A stretch of 64,000 nucleotides of DNA from Candidatus Methylomirabilia bacterium (GCA_041497895.1 JBGQHJ010000006.1:1-64000); one strand, 5' to 3'; positions 50,651 to 62,943 are shown, counted from the first letter of the stretch. Numbers and translations are program-made. The notes: generated by a model not told the origin, from the letters alone.

Positions 50651-51952
50651 CTAGCGCAGCCCGACCCGCGCGCCACCCCAGATGTTGCGGCAGCGCGTCT
50701 CGGTGACGAGGCAGGCGGAGAGGAAGGCGCCGAGCGCCAGCGCCAGGCAGAGGGCGAAGGCGGCGCGATAGGCGTCGGCGGAGTAGACGCGCACGCCCCC
50801 GGCGAGCGTGCCGTCCCAGAGGCGGTCGAGCACCACGCCGGTCAGCCACTGGGTGAGGCCGAAGAAGATGAACGCGGGGAAGTTGTGGAAGCCGAGCGCA
50901 ACGCCCACGTAGCGGGGATCGTTCACCTCCCGGATGCACGCGAAGACCAGCACGACCACGCTGGCGCTGAGCCCGATGAGAAAGCACACCGGGGCGAGCC
51001 AGACCGCCGCGACCGGCGTGGCGGGCAGGGTCAGTGGCAGCCAGGCGAGCACGTTGAGCGCGCTGACCGCGACGAGCGGCAGCCGGCGCCGCTCCAGCAC
51101 CCGGTCCGAGAGCCAGCCGATCAGGGGCGCGCCCACCAGCAGCCCCACCGCCGCGAGCGCGACCAGGTTGGCGGCCTGCACGCGGGGCAGCCCGTGGACC
51201 TGCGTGATGTACGGCACGCCCCAGAGCCCGATGAAGGCCGCGAAGCCCCCGTAGATGCCGCCCGAGGTGAGCCCCGCGGTCCACGAGCGGCTGTTCGTGA
51301 TCACGTTGGGGATGCCCGCGATGACCTCGCGCAGCCCCGGCGCGGGCGGGCGGGAGGCGGCCCCGGCCGCGTCCCGCGGCGCCTCGTGCGGCTCCGGACG
51401 GTCGCGCACGAGCAGGAAGCACGCGACGGCCAGCAGCACGGTCGCCCCGCCGATGGCCACGAAGGCGTGCCGCCAGCCGACCTGCTCCACCAGCAGCGCC
51501 ATCGGGGTGGTGCCCGCGAGGGCCCCGAGCGAGCCCACGCTCTGGGCGGCGCCGGCCACGGTGGCGAACTCGTCGGTGCGGAACCACTCCGCGGCCAGCC
51601 GGAGCGAGGCGATCAGCATCACCGAGGCGCCCAGGCCCACCAGCAGGCGCCCCGCGAAGGCCACGCCGAAGGCGGGGGCCAGGCCGAACAGGATGGCGCC
51701 CCCGCCCATGCCGAGCCCGCCCAGCGTCAGCGTGCCGCGCGGCCCGAGGACGTCGGCCAGGCTGCCGCCCGGCAGCGCCATCGCGGCGAAGCAGTAGGGA
51801 TAGACGGCGGAGAGCGTGCCGAGCGCGGCGGCGGAGACCGCGAAGGCGGCCATCAGGTCGCCCGCCACCACCGCCGGCGCGACCCGGTGGAAGTAGGAGA
51901 GGAAGTAGAGGAGGGCCGGCACGACCAGGATCGTCCAGCGCGCCCGCCGCAC
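50651..51952 (-). CDS. MFS transporter
   Basis: YFHRVAPAVV, GSLADVLGPR, GWLSDR and about 12 TM helices. Confidence 0.9.
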   Translation of the reverse strand: MRRARWTILVVPALLYFLSYFHRVAPAVVAGDLMAAFAVSAAALGTLSAVYPYCFAAMALPGGSLADVLGPRGTLTLGGLGMGGGAILFGLAPAFGVAFAGRLLVGLGASVMLIASLRLAAEWFRTDEFATVAGAAQSVGSLGALAGTTPMALLVEQVGWRHAFVAIGGATVLLAVACFLLVRDRPEPHEAPRDAAGAASRPPAPGLREVIAGIPNVITNSRSWTAGLTSGGIYGGFAAFIGLWGVPYITQVHGLPRVQAANLVALAAVGLLVGAPLIGWLSDRVLERRRLPLVAVSALNVLAWLPLTLPATPVAAVWLAPVCFLIGLSASVVVLVFACIREVNDPRYVGVALGFHNFPAFIFFGLTQWLTGVVLDRLWDGTLAGGVRVYSADAYRAAFALCLALALGAFLSACLVTETRCRNIWGGARVGLR

Positions 51953-52413
51953 TAGATGGCCTTGCGCTTCCGCCACTCCTCGATCTGCGCCCGGTGCTCC
52001 TGGTAGTGATGCCGGCTGTTGAAGTCCACGATCTTGTGCGCGGTCTTGCCCGGGACGTAGCGCTCCTCCGGCACGCCGGCGGCGGCCTGCAGGAAGGCCG
52101 CGTGGGAGGCGTCGAGCTCCTTCAGGATGTCGGCGGTGGCGGCCGTCTTCCGGGCCTCCGCGAAGCGGCCGTTCCAGGCATCCACGTCGTCGTAGGAGAC
52201 GCCCTCCGGGATCGGGCGCTCGCCTTTCTGCATGCGCTGGAGCGCCGGGGCCATCTCGCGGTGCCAGCCCGAGATGTGGGCGACGATGTCGCGCGCGCTC
52301 CACGTGCCGAGCCACACCTCGCGCATCTGCGCCTCGTCGAGCCCGGCGAGGGCGCACTTGAAGGCCGCGAACTCGGTCTCCGCTCCACTCAGCAGCGTCG
52401 TCTTCTCTGACAT
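51952..52413 (-). CDS. DinB-superfamily four-helix bundle protein (ClbS/DfsB-like)
   Basis: WSARDIVAHISGW and HYQEH histidine pattern. Confidence 0.78.
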   Translation of the reverse strand: MSEKTTLLSGAETEFAAFKCALAGLDEAQMREVWLGTWSARDIVAHISGWHREMAPALQRMQKGERPIPEGVSYDDVDAWNGRFAEARKTAATADILKELDASHAAFLQAAAGVPEERYVPGKTAHKIVDFNSRHHYQEHRAQIEEWRKRKAI

Positions 52414-52427
52414 GGGCCGCCTCCGGA

Positions 52428-52862
52428 TCAGGCCCCGCGGGGTGGGATGCGCTTGTAGAAGAGCAGCTCCCGGACGCCCTGGGGCAGGTTGTCGATGTGG
52501 CCGCTCGGGGTGAAGCCGAGCGCGGTGTGCATGCGGATCGACGCGACGTTGGTCTCCTCGGTGGAGGAGAACAGGCGCGGGGTCGGCGAGACCACCTCGA
52601 CCGACTTGAAGAACTCGCGGGCGATGCTCTTGCGCCGGAAGTCCTCGCGCACCACGACGAGGCTCACGAAGGTGCACTGGAACCAGTCCAGCCGGTAGGC
52701 GATGAAGCCCACCACCTCACCCTCCGCCTCGGCGACGATCAGGTGGTGCCGCTCCATGTGCGAGCGGATGAAGGCGGGGGCGCGCTCTTCCCCGATGACC
52801 TGGGCCGCGAGCGTGGTGCAGCCCACCGAATCCGCCACCCGCGGGAGTCGAATCTCGATCAT
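52428..52862 (-). CDS. GNAT family N-acetyltransferase
   Basis: VVREDFRRKSIA and NVASIRMHTALGF. Confidence 0.82.
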   Translation of the reverse strand: MIEIRLPRVADSVGCTTLAAQVIGEERAPAFIRSHMERHHLIVAEAEGEVVGFIAYRLDWFQCTFVSLVVVREDFRRKSIAREFFKSVEVVSPTPRLFSSTEETNVASIRMHTALGFTPSGHIDNLPQGVRELLFYKRIPPRGA

Positions 52863-52916
52863 GGAGCGCCCCGGCGCATTGTAGGCGCGCCGGGGCGCCC
52901 GCTCAACCGGACGCGC

Positions 52917-53612
52917 TCAGTACGTCCCGGGCCGGATGCGCTTGAAGAGCTCCTTGAGCTTGTCGGCGGTGAAGCCGGGGCTCTGGCACACCTTGATGAT
53001 CTCGCGCTCGTCGGCCTCGACCTTGGCGATGGCCTCCGGGATCCTGGGCGCGATCTCGGGCGGGATCGTGCACACCCCGTGCTGGTCGCCGTGGACGAGG
53101 TCGCCCGGCTTGATCCAGAGGCCGCCGACCTTGACCGGGATGCCGAAGTCCACCATGTGCACGTTGGCGTGGGAGACCGACACGTGCGCGGCGCAGAACT
53201 GGAAGCCCAGCGCGCGCACCTCGTCCAGATCGCGCACCGAGCCGTCGGTCACCACCCCCACGCAGCCCAGCGCGCGGTGGATGTTGGCCTGCACCTCGCC
53301 CCACTGGGCGCCCTGGCCGCGCGGATCGTCGAGGTCGTGCACCACGATCACCCGCGGCGCCGGGATGGACAGGACGAAGTCCCACCAGCCGTAGGTGCTG
53401 GCCCGGTGGCCCTCGATCGGGCCGGCCTCGGCCCGGATGACGCAGGGGACCGCGTACCCCACCATCGGCCCCATCTCCGGGAAGAGCGCACGGATGGCCG
53501 AGGAGACGTTGCCCTGCTCGCGCGGCCGCACCTTGAAGGTCTCGATGGCGTTGGCGACGCTGGGGCTGGTGATCTTCTTGAGGGCTTCGATCTCTTGCGC
53601 GGTGAGCGGCAC
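52917..53612 (-). CDS. RraA/HMG aldolase family protein
   Basis: AQWGEV, GVVTDGSVRD and PGDLVHGDQHGV; GGGAGG RBS. Confidence 0.88.
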   Translation of the reverse strand: MPLTAQEIEALKKITSPSVANAIETFKVRPREQGNVSSAIRALFPEMGPMVGYAVPCVIRAEAGPIEGHRASTYGWWDFVLSIPAPRVIVVHDLDDPRGQGAQWGEVQANIHRALGCVGVVTDGSVRDLDEVRALGFQFCAAHVSVSHANVHMVDFGIPVKVGGLWIKPGDLVHGDQHGVCTIPPEIAPRIPEAIAKVEADEREIIKVCQSPGFTADKLKELFKRIRPGTY

Positions 53613-53647
53613 GGTGTCCTCCCTGTGGGGTTGACGGCTGGATCGGG

Positions 53648-54306
53648 TCAGATAGTGCCCTTTCGCCGCTCCGTCAGCAACTGCTCGATCTGGGGAATGA
53701 CCTCCTCGACGCCGCGCATGTTCGGATTGATGCGCAGGGCCCGGCGGAAGTAGCCGAGCGCCCGCTCGGGCTGGTCGAGGCGCAAATAGATCTGCCCGTA
53801 GCCGGCCAGGGCTCCGAAGTGGGCCGGGTTGCGCTTCATGACCTCGTCGCAGTCGTGGAGCGACTTCTCGTTCTCGCCCATGAGGAAGTAGACGGTGGCG
53901 CGCTTGTTCCAGGCCTCGGCGAAGTCGGGCCTGCGCTGGATGACGCGGCTGAAGGTCTCGACCGCACCCGGCCCGTCGCCCCGGTTCATCTGCTCGACGC
54001 CCACCTGGAACTGCGCGTCGACGTCCTTGTCGCCGGAGCGGCTCCACACCTGCCACACCGAGTGCTCGGCGAGGACGCGCACCACCTCGTCGGGATCGGT
54101 CAGCACCCCGAGGAGGGCGGGGGCGTCGGCCGGCCCGCCGAGCTCGCCCAGCCACGCGGCGGCGCGACGGCGCAGCTCGAGGTCCTCGCTCTTGATCTCG
54201 ACCAGGACCTGCTCGCGGGTGAGGGGGATCTTGGTCTGGGCGGAGGCCGGGCCGGCGAGCAGGGTGAGGACCAGGGCGCAGGCGGCGACGAGCCGGCCGC
54301 GGCGCA

Positions 54307-54307
<1 letters not shown>
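53648..54307 (-). CDS. Exported HEAT/TPR repeat protein
   Basis: Signal peptide, HEAT-like helix pair, TPR PDFAEAWNKRATVYF and HFGALAGYGQIY; coupled to the ligA stop. Confidence 0.85.
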
Positions 54308-56460
<2,153 letters not shown>

Positions 56461-56473
56461 CTAGATAGAGACG

Positions 56474-57028
56474 ATGACCTCGAGCGAGCGCGACGACCTG
56501 ATCGAGTTCCTGACCGCCCAGTTCGCCCAGATCGACCGCCAGTTCGTTCAGGTCCACCGGCGCTTCGGCCAGATGGACGAGCGCTTCGACCGGATGGATC
56601 AGCGCTTCGTCCAGATCGACGAGCGTTTCGACCGGATGGACCAACGCTTCGTCCAGATCGACGAGCGCTTCGAGCGGGTCGACCAGCGGTTCGGTCAGCT
56701 GGACCAGCGCTTCGGCCAGGTGGACCAGCGGATCACCTCTCTCCATCACCACATGGAGGCGCGCTTCCTCGCCATGGACCGCCGCTTCGACGCGGTCGAC
56801 GATCGCTTCGGCGAGATGCTCGGCCACCTGGACAACATCTATCGGCGGCTGGAGCGCCTCGAGCAGGAGTACTACGCCATCTCGCAGCAGCTCCGCCGCA
56901 TCGAGGCGGCGCTCACCGACGAGAGCGGCCGGCGCGAGATGCTGGAGCGTGACCTGGCGGTGTTGAAGGAAGACATTCTGGTGCTGCAGGCCCGCATCGT
57001 CGAGATCGAGCGCCGGCTCGACATCTGA
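56474..57028 (+). CDS. Coiled-coil protein with heptad repeats F-x-(Q/R)-(M/I/V/L)-D-x-R
   Basis: About 10 consecutive heptads; near-identical 42-nt units at 56576-56617 and 56618-56659. Confidence 0.75.
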   Translation: MTSSERDDLIEFLTAQFAQIDRQFVQVHRRFGQMDERFDRMDQRFVQIDERFDRMDQRFVQIDERFERVDQRFGQLDQRFGQVDQRITSLHHHMEARFLAMDRRFDAVDDRFGEMLGHLDNIYRRLERLEQEYYAISQQLRRIEAALTDESGRREMLERDLAVLKEDILVLQARIVEIERRLDI

Positions 57029-57058
57029 GCGCCGCGACGGGCGAGCGCCGGCCGGTGG

Positions 57059-59428
57059 CTACTTGGCCGGGAGCGGCCGCGGGGCCTGACGGATCGCGTC
57101 CTCCAGCTCCCGCGTTCCCTGCCGCATCTCCCCCGTGATGCGCGCGGCGTCGAGCGCGGTGCCCACCGTGCGCGGCGTGATCAGCAGGAGCAGCTCGGTC
57201 TTCTCGATCTTGTGCTCGACCGACCCGAAGAGATAGCCCAGGATCGGGATGCGGCTCAGGAACGGGATGCCGGTCCGGATCCGCGTCCGCTTGTTCTGGA
57301 TCAAGCCGCCCAGCACCAGGGTCTGATTGTTCAGCAGCACCACCGAGGTCTCGGCCTCGCGCTTGGTGAAGCGCGGCGAGTTGATCGGGGGCGGCTCGTT
57401 CTCCCCGACCTCGTTGACCTCCTGCTTGACGTCGAGGGCCACCGTGCCCTGCTCGCCGATGCGCGGGGTCACGGTCAAGATGATGCCCGCGTCGCGGTAC
57501 TCCACGGTCTGGGTGATCGCGTTGCCGGTGATGCCGCCGGTGGCCACCGGCACCTGCTGGGAGGTGACGATCGGCACCGAGGTGGACACGTTGATCACCG
57601 CCTTGCGGTTCTCCGCGGTCATGATGGACGGGTTCGACAGCACGTTCACCCGGTTCTCGCTCGCGAGTGCGTTGAGCGCGGCGAGAAACTTGTCGGCCGC
57701 GAAGGTGAAGACGTTGAAGCCCAGCGGCACCGCGCCCCCGAGGGGGATCAGCGACGAGGCGGGGCGGGAAGGCAGCAGGCCGGACGGAGAAGAGCTCACG
57801 TCGAAGCGGCCCGAGCGGAGCGCCCACTCGATGCCGAGCTTGGTGTCGTCGGTCAGGGTGACCTCGGCGGCCAGCACCTCGATCAGCACCTGACGCGGCA
57901 TCTTGTCGAGCTTGTGGATCGTCTCCTCCATCTCCTTCCAGAGGCGCGGGTAGGTGGTCACGATGACCGCGTTCGTGACCTCGTCGGCCACGAAGCGGAT
58001 CTCCACCGCGGGCGGGGCGCCCTCGCCGGAGACGCCCGGGAACGGGGCCAGCCCGGCTCCCGGCCGCGCCGCGGTCGGGAGGAGCGAGGTTGCGGTCGGG
58101 AGCGGGGGCGGAAGGGTGGATGACAGAGGCCGGCTCGAGTAGGAGCCGGAGAGTCCCGAGATGCTCGCGGCCCCGGGTGGGGCCTGCTGGGTGCCGGTGA
58201 TGGCCGGCCCGCGGTCGCCACGCCCGTAGATGGCGTCGAGAGTGGTCGCGAGGTCGCGGGCCTTGGTGTTCTCCGCGAAGTAGATGAAGACCCGCTGGCC
58301 CCCGTAGAGATCGATGTCGAGCTTCTCGATCAGGCGGCGGATGGTCTCCATGTCCTGCTTGCGGGCGTGGACGACGAGCGAGTTGGAGCGGCGCTCGGGA
58401 ACTATCAGCGGGCGGTCCGCGGTCGGAGTGCCGGAACCGGTGATGGGCGGAGGCGGCGGTACCACGCCGGGCGCGGACGGTGGGGCCGGGGGTGCGGCGG
58501 CGGCGGCGCCGGGGGCGGCGCCGACCCGGCCACTGGCGAAGAGCTGAGCCAGGATCTGGGCCAGCTCCTGCGCATCGGCGTACTTCAGCCCGATGATCTG
58601 CAGCTCGCTGAGCGCCACCTCCACGTCCACGAGCTTGAGCACCTCGAGGAGCCGGCGCACGTTGGCGGCGGTGTCGGTGAGGATGAGCAGGTTCGTCTCG
58701 CGGTGCGCGGCAAGGGCTCCCTGGGCGGGCACGAACGGGCGCAGCAGCGCGACCGCGTCCTGGGCGCCGATGAACTGGAGCGGGACGAGCTGCGTCACCA
58801 CCTCGTCGGGCGGCAGGCCGGGGCCCTCCTCGCGGCCGACGATCGTCCTGACCGGCGTCTGCGGCGCGCTCTCACGCGGGATGATCCGGTACAGGTTGCC
58901 GGAGCGCACCGCGGCCAGCCCGTTGACGTCGAGGATGGTGAGCAGCACCGGGAAGACCTCGTCGCTCGAGATCTTGCCCACCGTCTGCACCGTGATCTTC
59001 CGGCCGCGCGCGGTCGGCGCGAGGACGTAGTTGAAGCCCACGATCTCGGCCGCGGCCTGGATCACGACCTCCACGTCCGCGTTGTCGAAGTTCAGCACCA
59101 GCTGGCGCGCGGGCGGGCGGGCCGCCGGGACCGCGGCCGCAGGTGTGTCTGTGCCCCCGATGACGGGAGCGGGAGGCGGCCCGGCGCCCACCTCGGGGGG
59201 GGTGGGCGTGGTCGCGGTCGCAGATGGGACGGGCGACGAGCCCGGAGCGCCTGGGGCTGGCGCGCGTGGAGGGGGCGGCGGCTCAGTGGTGACTTCGACC
59301 CGCGGTCGACCGGAGTCGAGGGATGGGCTTGCCACGGCCGATGAGCCGGATGGCGGGGCGGCGGAGGCGCAGCCCGCGCCGAGGGCCCCGATGAGCAGCC
59401 AGTGTGCTGCCCGACTCCACGCTCTCAT
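57059..59428 (-). CDS. gspD: Type II secretion secretin
   Basis: N0 LNFDNADV, N-domains, QVLIEVLAAEV, GIPFLSRIPILGYLFG and ELLLLITPR. Confidence 0.93.
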   Translation of the reverse strand: MRAWSRAAHWLLIGALGAGCASAAPPSGSSAVASPSLDSGRPRVEVTTEPPPPPRAPAPGAPGSSPVPSATATTPTPPEVGAGPPPAPVIGGTDTPAAAVPAARPPARQLVLNFDNADVEVVIQAAAEIVGFNYVLAPTARGRKITVQTVGKISSDEVFPVLLTILDVNGLAAVRSGNLYRIIPRESAPQTPVRTIVGREEGPGLPPDEVVTQLVPLQFIGAQDAVALLRPFVPAQGALAAHRETNLLILTDTAANVRRLLEVLKLVDVEVALSELQIIGLKYADAQELAQILAQLFASGRVGAAPGAAAAAPPAPPSAPGVVPPPPPITGSGTPTADRPLIVPERRSNSLVVHARKQDMETIRRLIEKLDIDLYGGQRVFIYFAENTKARDLATTLDAIYGRGDRGPAITGTQQAPPGAASISGLSGSYSSRPLSSTLPPPLPTATSLLPTAARPGAGLAPFPGVSGEGAPPAVEIRFVADEVTNAVIVTTYPRLWKEMEETIHKLDKMPRQVLIEVLAAEVTLTDDTKLGIEWALRSGRFDVSSSPSGLLPSRPASSLIPLGGAVPLGFNVFTFAADKFLAALNALASENRVNVLSNPSIMTAENRKAVINVSTSVPIVTSQQVPVATGGITGNAITQTVEYRDAGIILTVTPRIGEQGTVALDVKQEVNEVGENEPPPINSPRFTKREAETSVVLLNNQTLVLGGLIQNKRTRIRTGIPFLSRIPILGYLFGSVEHKIEKTELLLLITPRTVGTALDAARITGEMRQGTRELEDAIRQAPRPLPAK

Positions 59429-60051
59429 CGCCCGCCTGCTCCCGCGGTGGGTTCGGATGGCCGGGTCGGCGCGGGTACTGGTGGCGCCGGCATCCTGAGA
59501 GGGAAGCCCGTCTGCGCGGCGGCGCCGGGCACCGGCCCCGAGGGGGCCGTCGGTCCGGCTGCTGCGGCGGCAGCCGGGGCCGGCCTCGGCTTCGACGGAT
59601 CGTGCAGGAGCACCTCGAGCAGCCCGTCGCCGCGCCCGATCACGACGCGATCGACGGCGATCGACTCCACGCGGCCGCCGCCGATGGTGTCGCCGACCCC
59701 GTAGCCGAACGTACGCTTGAGCAGCGGGTCCTCCAGGTACGCGCGGGTCTTCGGCCCGTCCACCACCACGCCGTGGAGCACCGGCCTGGGCCCCGCGGCC
59801 GCGACGGGCCCGGCCGGGGCTTCCGTCCGGCCGGGGTGGAAGAGGTTCTTGGCCACGATGACGGCGTAGCTCGCTGCCGACGGGGGCTCCGTCGACGTGG
59901 CCGCCGTGCTGGTGGCGGCGAGCCGCGCCGCACGCGGGGCGGGCGGGGGAGGAAGGGGGCGGGCGGCCAGGAGCTCGCGAGCGAGGCCGGCCGCGAGCAG
60001 GCAGGCCGCGAGGCCGAGCGCCACGTTGACGACGCGAAGCCGCCCGGACAT
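59425..60051 (-). CDS. Type II secretion GspC/XpsN-like protein
   Basis: N-terminal TM, KNLFHPGR, LHGVVVDG and GDTIGGGRVESI HR-like domain; lies between gspM and gspD. Confidence 0.6.
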   Translation of the reverse strand: MSGRLRVVNVALGLAACLLAAGLARELLAARPLPPPPAPRAARLAATSTAATSTEPPSAASYAVIVAKNLFHPGRTEAPAGPVAAAGPRPVLHGVVVDGPKTRAYLEDPLLKRTFGYGVGDTIGGGRVESIAVDRVVIGRGDGLLEVLLHDPSKPRPAPAAAAAAGPTAPSGPVPGAAAQTGFPLRMPAPPVPAPTRPSEPTAGAGGR

Positions 60052-60055
60052 GGAG

Positions 60056-60619
60056 CTAGGTCCCCAGGCCCGGGAGCAGGTAGCCGGCTATCGTGAGCGT
60101 GGTCAGCAGCTCGCGCGGCTGGCCGGGAGCGACCACGCGGATCCGGACGTCCTTGAGCGCGAGCAGTCGATCGGTGCGCTCGAGCCGGGCCAGCGCGGCG
60201 ACGGTGTCGCGGATGCTCCCGACGAGGGTGAGCTCGAGGCCGATCTCCTGCAGGCCCTGATGGTCGGCCGGCGGTAGGACACGCTCGCTTCGGACCTCGA
60301 CGCCGCCCGAGGGCAGCAGCTCCTTGACCAGCTTCTGCAGCTCGGAGGCCGCCAGCGGCGGCGTCGGACCGCGGAGGAGGCGGGCCGACTCGGTCTCGAG
60401 CCGCTCGGCCACGGCGGCCAGCTCTGCCGCAAGCCGCGGCCGCTGACCCACCAGCAGCCGGCGCCGCTCGAGCGTGGCCTCGCGCGCGGGCACGAGGGCC
60501 TGCGCGTCGCGCGCGCGCGCCACCAGCGGCTCGACGAGGAAGAGATAGCCGCCGACCGCGAGCGCCACTACGGCGCCGGCCCCGAGGATGACGCGCTCGC
60601 GCAGGCTGAGCGCCGCCAT
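60056..60619 (-). CDS. gspM: Type II secretion protein GspM
   Basis: LSLRERVIL, TM helix, coiled coil and ferredoxin-like C-terminus; position in the cluster. Confidence 0.72.
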   Translation of the reverse strand: MAALSLRERVILGAGAVVALAVGGYLFLVEPLVARARDAQALVPAREATLERRRLLVGQRPRLAAELAAVAERLETESARLLRGPTPPLAASELQKLVKELLPSGGVEVRSERVLPPADHQGLQEIGLELTLVGSIRDTVAALARLERTDRLLALKDVRIRVVAPGQPRELLTTLTIAGYLLPGLGT

Positions 60620-62005
60620 CTATCGAACCCCTCTCCCCAGAGGGGAGAGGGCAGGGTGAGGGGCGGCAGGGCGAGGGCCTTCCCACGCGGCGCGGATGCG
60701 AAACTGCTCCTTGTTCTGGGTCTTGGTCACCGGGGAGGTGAGCTCCGCGCGCTCGAGGCGGCTCGACGCTTCGAGCAGCGGGACGAGGGCGCTGGCCCCG
60801 TCGGCCTGGCCGGTGAGCTCGACGCCCTGGCGGTCCATCGAGAGCGCCTGAAGCCAGGCGCCCGCGGGCAGTGTCTCGGTGAGCTCGCGCAAGACGGGCA
60901 GCGCCGGCACGCGGCCTTCCTCGGCCGAGGCCAGCGCGGCCAGCACCCGCCGCTTCCGCCCGAGTTCCTCGGCCAGCCCGTCGACCGCCTTCGCCTCCGG
61001 CTCGAGGCGACGGATCTCGGCGGTCAGGCGCCCGAGATACCGCTCGGTCCGGACGACGTGGGCGAGCCCCAGGCTCAGGCCGAGCGCCGCGATGACCGCG
61101 ACCATGGCCGCGGTGACGAGCTGCCCGCGCGACGGCGCCCACGGTCGCAGCGCCGGTGGCAGCAGGTCGAGCGACGGGCTCCGGGTCTCGACCGCGACGG
61201 CCAGCGCGAGCAGGCCCGCGCCCGGCTCGTCCGCCGATAGCCGGGCGACGAGGGGCAGCGCGGCCGCGGCGAACGGCGGCGTGGCCGCGGAGACGCCGAG
61301 CGAGCCCGTCAGCGCGTCCCGCCAGACGGATGCGTCGTCGTCCGCGAATCCGGAGAGCCACACGAGATCGGGACCGCTCCAGCGCACGACCGGTAGGCTC
61401 CGCCGGATCTCGCGCGCGAGCTCGGCCGCGTCCGCGGCCGCGACCTGGCGGCTCGTGAGCAGCGTGGGACCATCGAGGAAGAGCAGATCGGCCACGCCGT
61501 CGTGGTGGTGCGCCCACACCGCATGGCGGGCGGGCAGCGCGCGCGGGAGCAGGGCGGGGAGCGCGTGGCAGGCCATGGTCAACGCGGCGGGCCGACGCTT
61601 GGCGCCGGACACGAGCGCCAGCGGGCGCTCCACCGTGCGCGCCTCGGCCGCCAGCATCAGCACGCGCCGCGGCTCCTCCGGGTGGCCCGGGAGAGCGACC
61701 CAGTCGAAGCGCGTCCGCTCGGGCGGGAACGGTACGTGTCGCTCCAGGTCGAAGCCGATCATCCGCGCCAGGTCGCCGCCCGCCGCCCGTGGCAGCTCGA
61801 TGGCCTTCACCACCGCGAGTCGGCGATCGAGCCCGAGGCGCAGGCGGCCCGCGACGAGCCCGCGGGAGCGCAGCTCCGCGGCCAGGGTCGCCGCCGGGTC
61901 CTCCGCGTCCTCCACCACGAACTGCACCAGCCGCTCGTGGCCCCGGAGGGCGACCACGGTGAGCCGGCCGCCGCGGATGAAGACGCCGATGCGGGGCGGC
62001 CTCAT
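60620..62005 (-). CDS. gspL: Type II secretion GspL-like protein (PilM-like cytoplasmic and PilN domains)
   Basis: LERHVPFP, LDLLP before the TM helix, LRELTETLPAGAWL PilN-like domain. Confidence 0.72.
   Translation of the reverse strand: MRPPRIGVFIRGGRLTVVALRGHERLVQFVVEDAEDPAATLAAELRSRGLVAGRLRLGLDRRLAVVKAIELPRAAGGDLARMIGFDLERHVPFPPERTRFDWVALPGHPEEPRRVLMLAAEARTVERPLALVSGAKRRPAALTMACHALPALLPRALPARHAVWAHHHDGVADLLFLDGPTLLTSRQVAAADAAELAREIRRSLPVVRWSGPDLVWLSGFADDDASVWRDALTGSLGVSAATPPFAAAALPLVARLSADEPGAGLLALAVAVETRSPSLDLLPPALRPWAPSRGQLVTAAMVAVIAALGLSLGLAHVVRTERYLGRLTAEIRRLEPEAKAVDGLAEELGRKRRVLAALASAEEGRVPALPVLRELTETLPAGAWLQALSMDRQGVELTGQADGASALVPLLEASSRLERAELTSPVTKTQNKEQFRIRAAWEGPRPAAPHPALSPLGRGVR
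60629..60663 (+). repeat. Family B hairpin repeat copy 5 (in gspL C-terminus)
   Basis: CCCTCTCCCC-AGA-GGGGAGAGGG-CAGGGTGAGGGG; read on minus as PHPALSPLGRG. Confidence 0.9.
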
Positions 62006-62943
62006 GGCTCGGCCCCCGGGCGCCAGGACAGGATGGTCGCCTCAAGCGGCGCGTTCTTGCGGCCGCGCTGGACGATGGCGACCACGCGGCTCCGCACGAC
62101 CCCGGCGACCCGGCCCTCGGCCTCGATGCGGAAGATGCTGCTGCCGACCGCCAGCCCGCGGCCCGCGAAGCGGCCCGGCACGCTCGGGTAGGGGGAGCGC
62201 ACGCGCGTCTGGACCGCGTCGGCGATCTCCGCGTCGGAGAGCCCCAGCGCCTCGAGCACGAGCGGAGAGGCGGTGTTGAGGTTCACCGTGCTCACCGCCG
62301 CCGCGGTGACCAGCTCGCCCAGCCCGGGACGCTCGCCATTCCCCGCGTACAGCTCCGGGGTCACGCCGCGGATCTGGAGCAGCTCCGCCTCGTGCTGAAG
62401 GCTCCCGTTGCGCGCGCGATAGGGGACGGGCAGGGCCAGGTAGAAGTCGCTCTCGGCGCCGTGGAGGCGATGCAGATCGTCGGCGTCGCGCCAGTCCTGG
62501 AGCGAGTCGGTGATGATGCCGCGCTCGGACCGCTCCACCCCGAGCGCCTTCAGCAGGCGACCGAGCTGGTCGACGGGGCCGGTGTTGAGCGACAGTCGCG
62601 CGCTCTCGTCGGCGACTCGGTAGGAGAACTCGCCGGGACCCAGCGCCACCCGCGCGCGGGGCAGGGCGGGGAGCCGGGTCGGCGTGGTCTGGCCGGGCAG
62701 GGCGCGATAGAAGACGAGCTGCCCGGTCTCGTCCAGCGCGGCCACCTGCGCCGGGGTCGCGATCTCGCGGATGGCCTGCTGCACCGCGGCCTCGGCCAGG
62801 TGCCGGGCCAGCACGCCGTCGCGATAGGAGCGCACCATCGAGGCCTCGAGGCGGGCCGAGAAGGCGAGCTCGGTCACGACCACCGCCAGCAGCGTCAGCA
62901 CCAGCAGCACGGCCAGCAGGACGAACCCACGCTCGCGCGTCAT
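62002..62943 (-). CDS. gspK: Type II secretion minor pseudopilin GspK
   Basis: RG|FVLLAVL, DESARLSLN, DWRDADD...GAE and VNLNTAS. Confidence 0.9.
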   Translation of the reverse strand: MTRERGFVLLAVLLVLTLLAVVVTELAFSARLEASMVRSYRDGVLARHLAEAAVQQAIREIATPAQVAALDETGQLVFYRALPGQTTPTRLPALPRARVALGPGEFSYRVADESARLSLNTGPVDQLGRLLKALGVERSERGIITDSLQDWRDADDLHRLHGAESDFYLALPVPYRARNGSLQHEAELLQIRGVTPELYAGNGERPGLGELVTAAAVSTVNLNTASPLVLEALGLSDAEIADAVQTRVRSPYPSVPGRFAGRGLAVGSSIFRIEAEGRVAGVVRSRVVAIVQRGRKNAPLEATILSWRPGAEP

